The notes: a model not told the origin generated them from the sequence alone. DNA of 64,000 nt from Eubacteriales bacterium (GCA_045632145.1 JAZQWB010000005.1:23949-87948), one strand, 5' to 3'. Shown: positions 17,813 to 28,822, counted from the first letter of the stretch. A program made the numbers and translations.

Positions 17813-18700
17813 ATGAAGAAGAAATTAGTATTTAAGGGCGCGGCAACCGCGCTTGTAACACCCTTTATAGACGGTGAGATAGATTATAAAAGTCTCTCGG
17901 GTCTTATAGAGATGCAGATAGCCGGGGGAATTGATGCTCTTGTCATCGGTGGCACCACAGCCGAGGCGGCAACTCTGTCGGATGATGAGAGGTATAGACT
18001 TTTCAACTTTGCAAGAGAGAGGGTTGACGGTCGCACAAGGCTGATATTCGGCACGGGCACAAACGACACGAGAGTGGCTCTCCGTCACACGAAATATGCC
18101 GAGAAAATCGGTTGCGACGGCGTGCTTCTGGTAACCCCATATTACAACAAAGGAACAGAGTCCGGCATAGAAAAACACTACTTGAACATAGCTGAAAGTG
18201 TGGATTTGCCAACTATACTTTACAATGTGCCCTCAAGAACGGGCGTAAATCTTGGAATTAATCTACTTTCAAGACTAGGCGAGCACCCGAATATCGTAGG
18301 CATAAAGGAGGCCTCCGACTCGGTGGATAGGCTGATGGCTCTGAGTCAACTTGGGGAAAGCCTCTATTTATACTCGGGCAATGACAGTCAGATATACCCT
18401 ACCCTTGCCCTTGGCGGTATGGGAGTCATATCGGTGATGTCGAATATTATCCCGAGGGCAACGGTAAAAATCTGCAGGGATTATTTTGACGGGGCATTCA
18501 AGTCTGCGCTCGACCTACAGCTGGCGCTTCTGCCCTTTATCCGCACGCTTTTCTTAGAGACCAACCCTGCACCTATAAAATACGCGATGAGCGAAAGGGG
18601 GCTCTGCCTCTCCGAGATGCGTCTGCCCCTCTCCGAGCCGAGAGAAAGCACCCGCGAGGAGATCATAAAAAGACTCGGTGAGATAGCCGACTTAAAATAA
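17813..18700 (+). CDS. dapA: 4-hydroxy-tetrahydrodipicolinate synthase
   Basis: TALVTPF, GTTAE, TPYYNK, YNVPSRTG, GIKEAS. Confidence 0.92.
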   Translation: MKKKLVFKGAATALVTPFIDGEIDYKSLSGLIEMQIAGGIDALVIGGTTAEAATLSDDERYRLFNFARERVDGRTRLIFGTGTNDTRVALRHTKYAEKIGCDGVLLVTPYYNKGTESGIEKHYLNIAESVDLPTILYNVPSRTGVNLGINLLSRLGEHPNIVGIKEASDSVDRLMALSQLGESLYLYSGNDSQIYPTLALGGMGVISVMSNIIPRATVKICRDYFDGAFKSALDLQLALLPFIRTLFLETNPAPIKYAMSERGLCLSEMRLPLSEPRESTREEIIKRLGEIADLK

Positions 18701-18725
18701 AAAAGTCCCTCTCGGGACTTTTTTA
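18698..18725. terminator. Bidirectional terminator dapA/MATE
   Basis: aaaaaagtccc-tctc-gggacttttt. Confidence 0.75.
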
Positions 18726-20057
18726 ATAGTTATATTTCTTTTGCTTTGCAACAAGGAATGCTACCGTTACTACGGCAGAGGCAATCTCGCAGGCAATGAC
18801 CGAGAACCATACTCCGTCAAGCATAAATATCTCGGGCAGAATCAAAATCGCACTGATCTGGAACACCAGGGTACGCAGGAAGGAGATTATAGCCGAAACC
18901 ACACCGTTGTTGAGGGCGGTAAAGAAGGAGGAGCCGAAGATATTAAAGCCCGTAAGGATGTAGGAGAATGCGTAAATGATAAATCCGCGGAACATTATCG
19001 CGTAGAGTCCCTCGTCATAGCCTACAAAAAGCTTGCAAAGGGGGATAGAAAGTGCCAGAGCAATAAGCGTCATAGCCACACCCGTCAGCACCACGACGTT
19101 TACACTCTTCTTACGCAGGCTCTTCAGCTCATCGGTATTCTCCGCACCGAAGTGGAAGCTGATGATAGGCGCTATGCCGATAACGAAGCCGATAAAGATA
19201 GAAACAAAGATAAATGCCACGTACATAATTGCACCGTAGGCGGCAACACCGTCCTCGCCTGCAAAGCGCAGAAGCTGAAGGTTGTAAAGTATAGTTACAA
19301 CCGAGGAGGAAACGTTGCTGAGAAGCTCGGAGGAGCCGTTGATACAGGCCTCAAGAAGCATCCTCCAGTATCCGCGCGTGGGACAGAAGCGAAGCGTGGA
19401 GCTATTTTTTGCTGAGAAATAAAGAATAGGAACGATACCACCCACAAACTGACTGAGTGCGGTAGCTGCGGCAGCACCCTCAATGCCCCACTTGAAAACG
19501 GCAATAAAGAGCGCGTCGAGCAGCATATTGGTAACTCCTGCGGCAACGGTTACCGCAAGGCCAAGCTTTGGCTTCTCTGCGGTAATAAAGAAATTCTGGA
19601 AGGAGTTTTGCAGCATAAAGAAGGGCATACCCATAAGCACGATACGTCCGTATCTTACCGCATACTCAAGCATTTCTCCCTCTGCACCAAGCAGAATTGC
19701 CATAGGTCTTATGAAAATGATAGCAAGAATTGCCATGGCAATGCCTATGCCACCTGTAAAGGCGATAATAAAGGTGAAGTACTCGTTTGCCCTCTCCTTA
19801 TCACCCATACCGAGAGTTTTAGCAACAATGGCGGTGCCTCCAGTACCAAGCATAAAGCCTACGCCACCGAGTATCATCATAAGAGGAAAAATGATATTGA
19901 CGGCTGCAAAAGGTGTTTTGCCCACAAAGTTGGATACGAAAAGTCCGTCAACAACGCCGTATATTGACGTGAAAATCAGCATAACCACCGAGGGAATAAC
20001 AAATCTGATAAGTCGACCGTAGCTGAAATGGTCGGAAAGCTGAATTTTATCCTTCAT
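18723..20057 (-). CDS. MATE family efflux transporter
   Basis: About 12 TM helices; IYGVVDGLFVSNFVG and WGIEGAAAAT motifs. Confidence 0.9.
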   Translation of the reverse strand: MKDKIQLSDHFSYGRLIRFVIPSVVMLIFTSIYGVVDGLFVSNFVGKTPFAAVNIIFPLMMILGGVGFMLGTGGTAIVAKTLGMGDKERANEYFTFIIAFTGGIGIAMAILAIIFIRPMAILLGAEGEMLEYAVRYGRIVLMGMPFFMLQNSFQNFFITAEKPKLGLAVTVAAGVTNMLLDALFIAVFKWGIEGAAAATALSQFVGGIVPILYFSAKNSSTLRFCPTRGYWRMLLEACINGSSELLSNVSSSVVTILYNLQLLRFAGEDGVAAYGAIMYVAFIFVSIFIGFVIGIAPIISFHFGAENTDELKSLRKKSVNVVVLTGVAMTLIALALSIPLCKLFVGYDEGLYAIMFRGFIIYAFSYILTGFNIFGSSFFTALNNGVVSAIISFLRTLVFQISAILILPEIFMLDGVWFSVIACEIASAVVTVAFLVAKQKKYNY

Positions 20058-20249
20058 TTTTTACCTCCTGTTTTTGTCCTATGTATTTTAACATATGCAA
20101 ATTTTATTGTCAACCTATATTGAGTTTATAATTTGAACAAAAAATGACTTTGAAAAAAATTATTTTTGTTTATTTTAATTATTGACTTTTTTCCTAAACA
20201 GGAGTACAATATCTAACCGTAAAACGTTTTTTTGAAAGAAGATAAAAAA

Positions 20250-21635
20250 ATGAAAATTTTATTAGCGCTTTCACTCTCCCTGCTTATAGGACTTTTAATG
20301 TCAAGAATCACCAAAAAGCTTGACCTTCCTGCTGTTACCGCATATCTTGTGGCAGGTATTCTGGTCGGCCCTTACTGCCTCGGTGCACTCGGCTTCGAGG
20401 GTGTTGGATTTATCAGCATAGATGACGTAGGTAGCTATTCCATCGTATGCGACGTGGCGCTTGGCTTTATCGCCTTTGCCATCGGTAACGAATTCAGACT
20501 TAATCACTTAAAGACTATCGGCCGTCAGACTACCATCGTAGGTATTTTCCAGGCGGTAATTACCACCCTGATCGTAGATGCGGCACTTATCGGTCTGCAT
20601 TTTGCATTCCCCCAGATCATCACCATAGAGACCGCGATCATTCTCGGTGCTGTGGCTGCTGCTACCGCCCCTGCGGCTACCCTTATGGTAGTTAAGCAGT
20701 ATAAGGCGAAGGGACCTGTTACCGATATACTTCTCCCCGTAGTTGCGCTTGACGATGCTGTGGGTCTTGTTATATTCGCAATTTCCTTCGGTATCGCACG
20801 TGCAATGAGCGCAGGCTCTGTCAACGTTATCTCCATAATCATTGAGCCTCTTATCGAGATCGTCGCTTCCCTACTGCTTGGCGCGTTGATGGGTATCCTC
20901 TTCCACATCGTAGAGAGATTCTTCCATTCTAACTCCAAGCGTATATCGGTATCCATCGGCTTTGTGCTTCTTACCATTGCGCTTACAAGGATCCCCGAGG
21001 TATATAACATCACCATTTTCGGAGCGCACGTTACCTTCTCCTCACTGCTCACCTGCATGATGCTTGGTACTGTATTCTGCAACATCTGTGACTTCTCCGA
21101 GGAGCTTATGGGCAGAGTAGACAAGTGGACCGCGCCTCTGTTCGTGCTATTCTTCGTTCTTTCGGGCGCAGAGCTTGATCTTGAGAGGATCTTCTCTAAC
21201 CCCACGTTGATCCTCGTCGGAATAATTTATATTATCTTCCGTTCTGCAGGAAAGTACTTCGGCGCATTTGGAAGCGCTAAAATTTCGGGATGCGATGACA
21301 ATATCGTAAAATATCTCGGCATTACCCTTCTCCCCCAGGCAGGCGTTGCTCTCGGTATGGCGAGAAAGGCAAAGGAGCTTGGAGATATAGGCGAAACTGT
21401 TATGACCATCACCCTCTTTGCCGTGCTTATTTATGAGCTTGTAGGTCCTGCGTTAACGAAAATTGCGCTTACCAAGGCGGGTGACATCAACTCTGCAGAA
21501 AAGACCAGCGCGCGTCACGCTCACGTTGAAAATATGCCCGAGCATAAGAAGCAGAGACACTTCCACCGCGAGGCTATCAAGGCGGAAATCAAGAAACTTA
21601 TCAAGGCAACAAAATTTAATCATCATGACAAATAA
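20250..21635 (+). CDS. Cation:proton antiporter (Na+/H+ exchanger family)
   Basis: LPAVTAYLVAGILVGP, ATAPAAT, VALDD, LLPQAGVALG; His-rich tail. Confidence 0.85.
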   Translation: MKILLALSLSLLIGLLMSRITKKLDLPAVTAYLVAGILVGPYCLGALGFEGVGFISIDDVGSYSIVCDVALGFIAFAIGNEFRLNHLKTIGRQTTIVGIFQAVITTLIVDAALIGLHFAFPQIITIETAIILGAVAAATAPAATLMVVKQYKAKGPVTDILLPVVALDDAVGLVIFAISFGIARAMSAGSVNVISIIIEPLIEIVASLLLGALMGILFHIVERFFHSNSKRISVSIGFVLLTIALTRIPEVYNITIFGAHVTFSSLLTCMMLGTVFCNICDFSEELMGRVDKWTAPLFVLFFVLSGAELDLERIFSNPTLILVGIIYIIFRSAGKYFGAFGSAKISGCDDNIVKYLGITLLPQAGVALGMARKAKELGDIGETVMTITLFAVLIYELVGPALTKIALTKAGDINSAEKTSARHAHVENMPEHKKQRHFHREAIKAEIKKLIKATKFNHHDK

Positions 21636-21640
21636 AAAAT

Positions 21641-21676
21641 TACCCAAGCGTCCCGTAAGGAGCGCTTGGGTTTTAT
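21641..21676. terminator. Terminator between convergent genes
   Basis: acccaagcg-tcccgtaaggag-cgcttgggt-tttt. Confidence 0.7.
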
Positions 21677-21685
21677 TATACTTTT

Positions 21686-22885
21686 TTAGTCTTTTTTTCC
21701 GCTGCTTTCGGCCAATTTACGAGCCTCCTCTGCCCTCTCGGCACTTATCTTTCGCCAGGAGGGAACGGTTTTCATAATGTTCGACAGGTCAATCATAACC
21801 TTAGGAATATCGATATTCTGCGGGCAGGTCTTGATGCAGCTGCCACAGCAGATACAGGCGGTGGGACGCTTATCCTCGGGCATAAACTCAATCTTCATAC
21901 CGCTGTTTACACCGGGTGCGTAACGCATATCGTTGTATATCTCGATAAGAAGAGGAATATCAAGACCCATAGGACAGCTGCTTACACAGTAGCGGCAGGC
22001 CGTACAGGGCACCGAGCTCTTAAGGCTCTCAGCAATACCGTAGAGCACCTGTATCTCCTCATCGGTGAGGGGCTTATCGTTTGTAAAGGTCTTGAGATTG
22101 TCAATAAGCTGCTCCATACCCGACATACCGCTGAGGATAACACCCATATTATCAAGGGTCATCAGCCAGCGGAAGCACCAGGAAGCCACGCTCTCATCGG
22201 GACGGAGAGAAGTGAGATGCTCCTTTGCCGACTTGGGAAGCTTGTTTACAAGTCTACCGCCGCGGACAGGCTCCATTACCCAGACGGGAATGTTGTGCTC
22301 CTTAAGGATGCGGCACTTCTCATCTGCGCGCTGAAGCGACCAGTCAAGATAGTTAAGCTGAATGAGGCAAAACTCCATCTTGTCTCCGTGAAGGTTGAGG
22401 AAGGACCTGAGAGTCTCGGGGGATGCGTGAGAGGAAAAGCCAAGGTGCTTTATTCTTCCCCTTCTTTTCTGCTCAAGGAAGTAGTCGATAATACCATACT
22501 CCTCGTTAAGATATACGGAAAGCGAGCTCTCCGCCACGTTGTGAAGAAGATAGAAATCAAAGTATTCTACATCACATTTTTTAAGCTGCTCCTCAAAAAT
22601 AACGGCAGGGTTATAGTCGGGCAACACCTGATGGCCAGGGTATTTAGTGGCAAGATAATAGCTGTCGCGGGGATACTTCTTAAGAATTTTGCTAACCACT
22701 ATCTCGGACATTCCGCCATGGTAGGGGTATGCGGTGTCAAAATAATTGATGCCGCTTTCTATAGCCTTATCTATCATCTGCTCGGTCAGAGCCTGGTCTA
22801 TGCTTCCGTCCTCAAGGGTGGGAAGACGCATCGCTCCAAGGCCGAGAGAAGAAAGCCTTTTATCCTTAAAATTAAAGTACTTCAT
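21686..22885 (-). CDS. Aldo/keto reductase with C-terminal 4Fe-4S dicluster
   Basis: LGLGAMRLP, YFDTAYPYHGG.SE, VMEPVRGG; CTACRYC..CP and CICCGSC..CP. Confidence 0.9.
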   Translation of the reverse strand: MKYFNFKDKRLSSLGLGAMRLPTLEDGSIDQALTEQMIDKAIESGINYFDTAYPYHGGMSEIVVSKILKKYPRDSYYLATKYPGHQVLPDYNPAVIFEEQLKKCDVEYFDFYLLHNVAESSLSVYLNEEYGIIDYFLEQKRRGRIKHLGFSSHASPETLRSFLNLHGDKMEFCLIQLNYLDWSLQRADEKCRILKEHNIPVWVMEPVRGGRLVNKLPKSAKEHLTSLRPDESVASWCFRWLMTLDNMGVILSGMSGMEQLIDNLKTFTNDKPLTDEEIQVLYGIAESLKSSVPCTACRYCVSSCPMGLDIPLLIEIYNDMRYAPGVNSGMKIEFMPEDKRPTACICCGSCIKTCPQNIDIPKVMIDLSNIMKTVPSWRKISAERAEEARKLAESSGKKD

Positions 22886-22945
22886 AATTTACCTCCCTGT
22901 GTTTGACTATATTATAATACAATTTCACCCTGGTGTCAACAGAAA

Positions 22946-22973
22946 ATGAGCCGCAGAATTAACTGCGGCTCAT
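22946..22973 (-). terminator. Probable groESL terminator
   Basis: atgagccgcag-aattaa-ctgcggctcat followed by TTT on the minus strand. Confidence 0.7.
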
Positions 22974-23032
22974 ATCACGTCTGCTAAGTAGACATATCAC
23001 TTTTATAGAAAATAGGAATAAAAGCGTTTTTT

Positions 23033-23144
23033 TTCTTGCTGATTGGATTTTTAGGAGAAATTCACGTTCTTTTGCCCGAAGCAATAGTTACCTATTGCGA
23101 GCCTTAAAAAAACGGGGATTTATACAAAAATACATTAGCAAGAA
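23033..23144 (+). repeat. Long imperfect hairpin element, copy B
   Basis: Outer arms TTCTTGCTGA/TTAGCAAGAA; apex CGAA-GCAATAG-TTAC-CTATTGC-GAG; abuts the groEL stop. Confidence 0.7.
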
Positions 23145-24773
<1,629 letters not shown>

Positions 24774-24806
24774 TTACCTTTCGTTACTTAAAATTTTAAG
24801 TGTAAG

Positions 24807-24891
24807 AATTTTGATGAAGTGCGAGGATAGTTTGTCGCCGGGCGTAGCTGATCTACGTCAAGATAAAGTATCCGAAGCAATTCGCAAAATT
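24807..24891 (+). repeat. Long imperfect hairpin element, copy C
   Basis: Nested arms AATTTTG/CAAAATT, TGAAGTGC/GCAATTCG, GGATA/TATCC, TTTGTC/GATAAA; apex GGCGTAG-CTGAT-CTACGTC; overlaps the groES stop. Confidence 0.7.
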
Positions 24892-25174
24892 ACTCTACAA
24901 CAGCAAGAATGTCGGACTGACTAACGATGGAATATTCCTCACCGTCAATCTTAACCTCTGTGCCGCTATACTTGCCCACGATAACCTTGTCGCCAACCTT
25001 TACGGTCATCTTTACCTCGTTGCCGTTTACAAGTCCGCCGGGACCAACTGCAACAACCTCGGACATCTGGGGCTTTTCCTTTGCGCTGCCTGTAAGAAGA
25101 ATACCCGACTTGGTGGTCTCCTCTGCAACCGCAGCCTTTAATACAACCTTATCAAATAAGGGCTTAATTGTCAT
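24890..25174 (-). CDS. groES: Co-chaperonin GroES
   Basis: IKPLFDKV, EETTKSGIL, AVGPG, YSGTEVK, DILAVVE. ATG 25174 has an AAGGAG RBS. Confidence 0.98.
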   Translation of the reverse strand: MTIKPLFDKVVLKAAVAEETTKSGILLTGSAKEKPQMSEVVAVGPGGLVNGNEVKMTVKVGDKVIVGKYSGTEVKIDGEEYSIVSQSDILAVVE

Positions 25175-25197
25175 TTCTGTTTCTCCTTTTGATGTTT

Positions 25198-25224
25198 TTA
25201 GCACTCAATCACACCGAGTGCTAA
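25198..25224. promoter_or_regulatory. CIRCE element (HrcA operator)
   Basis: Perfect TTAGCACTC-N9-GAGTGCTAA between the groES promoter and RBS. Confidence 0.97.
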
Positions 25225-25238
25225 CGCTTACAGAATAT

Positions 25239-25267
25239 ATTTTATACTATACGCGTTTAAATGTCAA
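25239..25267 (-). promoter_or_regulatory. Sigma-A promoter of groESL
   Basis: TTGACA-17 bp-TAAAAT on the minus strand. Confidence 0.8.
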
Positions 25268-25306
25268 GACCTTTCCTGTTTTTTCACAAATTATTAATTT
25301 TTTAAT

Positions 25307-26044
25307 TTACACAAGCTCGCGTCTTAAAATATCCATAATTTTCTTTTCTTCCCTTGACACCTTGACCTGAGTCAAGCCAAGCACCCTTGCCGTCTCGGTC
25401 TGGGACATATCTCTGAAATAGCGGAGGATTATCAGCTTTTGGTGATTTGGCGACAGCTTTTCAATAGCCATACGGAGAGCAAAGCGGTTAAACTCGCGGC
25501 CCTCCGCATCCTCGTCACAGATGATGCTGCCAAGAGTGGTGCCCTCGTCGTCGTCAAATGCCGACTCCTCCAGCGAGCGCACGGGTGATGAGGCAAAGAG
25601 GGCAGACGAGGCATCCTGCACCGATATGCCTACGGCAGAGGCAACCGAGGCAATGTCCGACGGCTCTCCCGAGGTGAGTCTGCGCTCCCTCTCTGCACAC
25701 AGGAGAGCCGAAAGCCTCTTCTCCTCTCTTGACACCTTGATAATTCCGTCATCACGCAAGAAACGTCTTATCTCCCCGAAGATGAGTGGCACGGCATAGG
25801 TGGAGAAGGCGGTGCCGTGGGAAAAATCAAAGGTTTTCATAGCCTTCACAAGTCCGAGATTTCCGCTTTCCACCAGGTCGCTCATATCGGCTCCCCGTCC
25901 CACAAATCTGCCTGCTATACTGTACACCAAGGGGGCATTCATCTCGGCAAGTCGCTCTCCTGCATCCAGGTCTCCCTCTCGGTATGCCTTAAGAAGAGTC
26001 AGGTTTTTGTCATAGGGGCTCTTTTTTTCTTCTTTAATTTTCAT
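25307..26044 (-). CDS. sigF: Sporulation sigma factor F
   Basis: FSTYAVPLIFGEIRRFLRDDGIIKVSR; LRYFRDMSQTETA..LG.TQVKVSR; third gene of the spoIIA operon. Confidence 0.88.
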   Translation of the reverse strand: MKIKEEKKSPYDKNLTLLKAYREGDLDAGERLAEMNAPLVYSIAGRFVGRGADMSDLVESGNLGLVKAMKTFDFSHGTAFSTYAVPLIFGEIRRFLRDDGIIKVSREEKRLSALLCAERERRLTSGEPSDIASVASAVGISVQDASSALFASSPVRSLEESAFDDDEGTTLGSIICDEDAEGREFNRFALRMAIEKLSPNHQKLIILRYFRDMSQTETARVLGLTQVKVSREEKKIMDILRRELV

Positions 26045-26058
26045 TTACTTTCCTTCGG

Positions 26059-26502
26059 TCAGGGCTTAAGTATTTTCCTCATAAGCAGGGTCGTTCCCTT
26101 TCCAACGCGGGACTTGATGCTCAAAGAGTCGGTAAAGCTCTCCATTACGAGAAATCCCATACCGCATCTCTCACCAGACTCTCCTGTGGTGAAGCAGGGG
26201 GTGCGAGCAAGCTCCAAATCCTCAATGCCACAGCCGTTGTCGGATATTTCAATGGACACCTCGCGATTGTCATAAAGTCTGACGGATATGTAAATGGGGC
26301 ACTCATCCCCGGGGGCTGACTGACGGTAGGCGTGTACGATGCAATTGGTCACCGCCTCACTTACCGCACAGCGGATATCTCCAAGCTCCTCTACCGTAGG
26401 GTCAAGCTCGGCAACGAAGGCGGAGATTACCGACCTGGCCACCGCCTCGTTTACGCTGATGGCAGGCAGACGAAGCTTCATTTCATTTATCTTTCTTTTC
26501 AT
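26059..26502 (-). CDS. spoIIAB: Anti-sigma F factor
   Basis: NEAVAR, LDPTVEELGDI..AVSEAVTNCIVHAY, D.GCGI, ERCGMGF.VMESF. Confidence 0.92.
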   Translation of the reverse strand: MKRKINEMKLRLPAISVNEAVARSVISAFVAELDPTVEELGDIRCAVSEAVTNCIVHAYRQSAPGDECPIYISVRLYDNREVSIEISDNGCGIEDLELARTPCFTTGESGERCGMGFLVMESFTDSLSIKSRVGKGTTLLMRKILKP

Positions 26503-26519
26503 ATTAACTATTCCTTCCT

Positions 26520-26840
26520 TTACTTTACAACCGTCAGATTTTTTACTCTCTCAAGACCGCCCAGTCTCACCAGCTTCATAATTATGGGAGACAGGCCTGT
26601 GAGCATTACCGACACGTTAAGGGTGTCTGCCCTCTCTACTCTGCCGAGTATAAGACCCAGGCCCGAGCTGTCCATAAATCCCACTCCGCCAAAATCCAGG
26701 GTCAGAGTATGGGGTCTTGTCTCAAGCAGCCTGCGGTCTATCTCCTCGCGCATCCGTCTGGCACTGTGATGGTCAATGTCCGAGCCTATCTTACATATCA
26801 GCTCTCCATCCTTTTCGACAAATATTACTTCCTTATACAT
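26520..26840 (-). CDS. spoIIAA: Anti-anti-sigma F factor (STAS domain)
   Basis: DIDHHSA and FMDSSGLGLILGR (phosphoserine site). Confidence 0.92.
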   Translation of the reverse strand: MYKEVIFVEKDGELICKIGSDIDHHSARRMREEIDRRLLETRPHTLTLDFGGVGFMDSSGLGLILGRVERADTLNVSVMLTGLSPIIMKLVRLGGLERVKNLTVVK

Positions 26841-26923
26841 TTTGTATTCTCCTTTGCTTTTTACAGAGCAATTTTATCATATCAAAGCCGAAAAAAATGT
26901 CGCAGTAGGGCGGTCACAATTTT

Positions 26924-27244
26924 TTATATAAGAGAAAGTCTGCGGGCAATATTATGCTTTATGCGTATCTTTCTGTTTTTATACTCGCTCTCCGACAGAA
27001 GCCAAAGATCGGTGGTGGAATAACCGATCTCCTCGCCTATGTCCTTGATAAAGCCTCTTGCATCTCTGGTGCCTGCAATTTCTACGGTGGCATTCAGAAT
27101 GCGGTAGTTTAAAAAACGGTATTCCATAATTACGTTATAGGGTGCGCTACCCTGCTTCATAACTATGGCGCGTCTGGTGTAATCGGCACAAAGTGCCCTT
27201 ACAATCTCCTCTATCCCCTCGGGAATTACAATCTCTTCAGGCAT
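26924..27244 (-). CDS. Hypothetical protein, possibly a RinA/ArpU-like activator
   Basis: 106 aa; GGAGG RBS overlaps the upstream gene. C-terminus SESEYKNRKIRIKHNIARRLSLI resembles phage late-activator tails (by eye only). Confidence 0.6.
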   Translation of the reverse strand: MPEEIVIPEGIEEIVRALCADYTRRAIVMKQGSAPYNVIMEYRFLNYRILNATVEIAGTRDARGFIKDIGEEIGYSTTDLWLLSESEYKNRKIRIKHNIARRLSLI

Positions 27245-27534
27245 CTCACTTCCTCCAGCTCGCGGGAGAGCTCCTCAAGGGCATACTGAAGCCTCTTAAG
27301 ATTGTCCAGAGCCTCCTGTGCCTCGGCCACCGTTTCCTCAAGCTCGGGAATCCATTGCCCAGGCGCCTGCTCAGCCCAAGTAGGTATCATTTCAATAAGT
27401 AAATTATGTACAGAGAGCATTTCCTCGTTCTCTTTAATCCTAGCGGAAATTTTGTTCATATCACGACGGATCTCCGACGGACTTCTGTAAAGTCTGGGGG
27501 GCATTCCCTCGTAAACGTTCATACAAGAATACAT
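27226..27534 (-). CDS. Hypothetical coiled-coil protein
   Basis: ATG 27534 with an AAGGAG RBS downstream of a consensus promoter; helical heptad character. Confidence 0.65.
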   Translation of the reverse strand: MYSCMNVYEGMPPRLYRSPSEIRRDMNKISARIKENEEMLSVHNLLIEMIPTWAEQAPGQWIPELEETVAEAQEALDNLKRLQYALEELSRELEEVRCLKRL

Positions 27535-27551
27535 TTGTTTCTCCTTTCCTT

Positions 27552-27703
27552 TGTCACTTATTCTGTTATTTTCGTCGAGTGATGGCAACTGTTTTGTTGC
27601 TTGTGGCGTGACAATTATAGCATAGCATTTGTAACTTGTCAAGTGACATTTTTGAAATTTTTTTATGAAAACTATTGCATATCGGGTGACATTGTGTTAT
27701 AAT
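27552..27703. promoter_or_regulatory. Divergent promoter pair with four palindromic operators (about TGTYAC-N7-GTGACA)
   Basis: Leftward promoter TTGACA (27637-27642), 17 bp, TATAAT (27614-27619). Rightward promoter TTGCAT (27675-27680), 17 bp, TATAAT (27698-27703). Operators at 27552-27570, 27595-27613, 27630-27648 and 27673-27691. Confidence 0.75.
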
Positions 27704-27823
27704 AAATCATAATCGGTCGACGGTGCTGATTTCTGCAATTATTTAACTGCCGTTTTTTTGAGAAATGACGGTTATTTACCTAAGAAATGATGCATAATTT
27801 AAACCTTTTGGGAGAATAAAATA

Positions 27824-28459
27824 ATGTTAGGTGAGAAAATAAAATTTTTGAGAAAATCGAAGAAAATGTCGCTTGAGCAGCTTGCCGACCTTATCGGCAC
27901 CAGCAGACAGACCGTACACAGATACGAAAACGGGATCATTACCAACATTCCCCACGACAAGATAGAGGCACTTGCCAAAGCCCTCGACACCACTCCCGCA
28001 AGGCTGATGGGCTGGGATGACGGTGCGGCTTCCTCATTTAATAATATTAGCGGACTTAAAAACTCTGCGGTGAAAACGAAAAAGCTCCCCATTCTCGGCA
28101 ACGTTGCCTGCGGAGAGCCTATTTTCGCCAGCGAGGAGTATGATTATTATGCTACTGTCGGTGCGGATATTGCCGCAGACTTCTGCCTTAAGGCAAAGGG
28201 TGACAGTATGATCAATGCCAGAATTTTTGACGGCGATACCCTATTCGTCAGAAAGCAGGAGAGCGTTGAGGACGGTGAAATTGCCGTGGTGCTTATCGAT
28301 GACGAGGCCACCGTAAAGCGTGTGTATTTTGACAGAGAGAACGGTATTCTCACCCTTATGCCCGAAAATCCCACCTACAAGCCTATGCGATATATGGGCT
28401 CAAGGCTGAACAGCACCAGAATTCTCGGCAAGGTTGTTTCGGGACAGTATAAAATATAA
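27824..28459 (+). CDS. XRE-HTH + S24 peptidase repressor (phage CI/LexA-like)
   Basis: HTH (SLEQLADLIGTSRQTVHRYENG), cleavage-site motif VACG, catalytic Ser (GDSM) and Lys (TVKRV). Confidence 0.92.
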   Translation: MLGEKIKFLRKSKKMSLEQLADLIGTSRQTVHRYENGIITNIPHDKIEALAKALDTTPARLMGWDDGAASSFNNISGLKNSAVKTKKLPILGNVACGEPIFASEEYDYYATVGADIAADFCLKAKGDSMINARIFDGDTLFVRKQESVEDGEIAVVLIDDEATVKRVYFDRENGILTLMPENPTYKPMRYMGSRLNSTRILGKVVSGQYKI

Positions 28460-28469
28460 AATATTTTTG

Positions 28470-28498
28470 TTGACAAAATAAAAAGTTTGTGATAAAAT
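28470..28498 (+). promoter_or_regulatory. Sigma-A promoter of valS
   Basis: TTGACA-17 bp-TAAAAT with TG extension. Confidence 0.8.
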
Positions 28499-28523
28499 AA
28501 TTCCGTTATAGGATTTTTCCTCT

Positions 28524-28750
28524 TTGGGAGGAGTAGCGGTGCGGCTGGCTTTTAGAGAGTGGGCGGTTGGTGTGAGCCCATAGCGGCAGCCGTGAAGGTA
28601 GCCCGAAGTATCTTGGGAAGAACGGCATTTTGCTTATTAGACCCCGACGGTGAGCACCGTTATATGCGTAATGAGGTGGATTTTTATCCATAAAATCAGG
28701 TGGTACCGCGATTATTCGCCCTGAGCAGAAAATGCTTGGGGCGTTTTTTG
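28524..28750 (+). ncRNA. T-box riboswitch (Val)
   Basis: AGTAG, AGAGAG and GGTGTGAG stem I motifs; specifier GAAG-GTA (Val codon, 28598-28600); T-box AGGTGGTACCGCG; terminator 28717-28749. Confidence 0.93.
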
Positions 28751-28822
28751 TTTTATTTTACAAGTGAGGTTTCGGCTTTGCCGAAGGAAACGAAGTTAAC
28801 AACCGAAAGGAAAACATAAAAA

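Noticed and set aside
26889..26895. Spo0A box upstream of spoIIAA (TGTCGCA)
   Set aside because: A single 7-mer with one mismatch to TGNCGAA; too weak to call
26924..28459. Intact prophage
   Set aside because: No integrase, att pair, replication, packaging, structural or lysis genes; only the regulatory trio, reported as a finding
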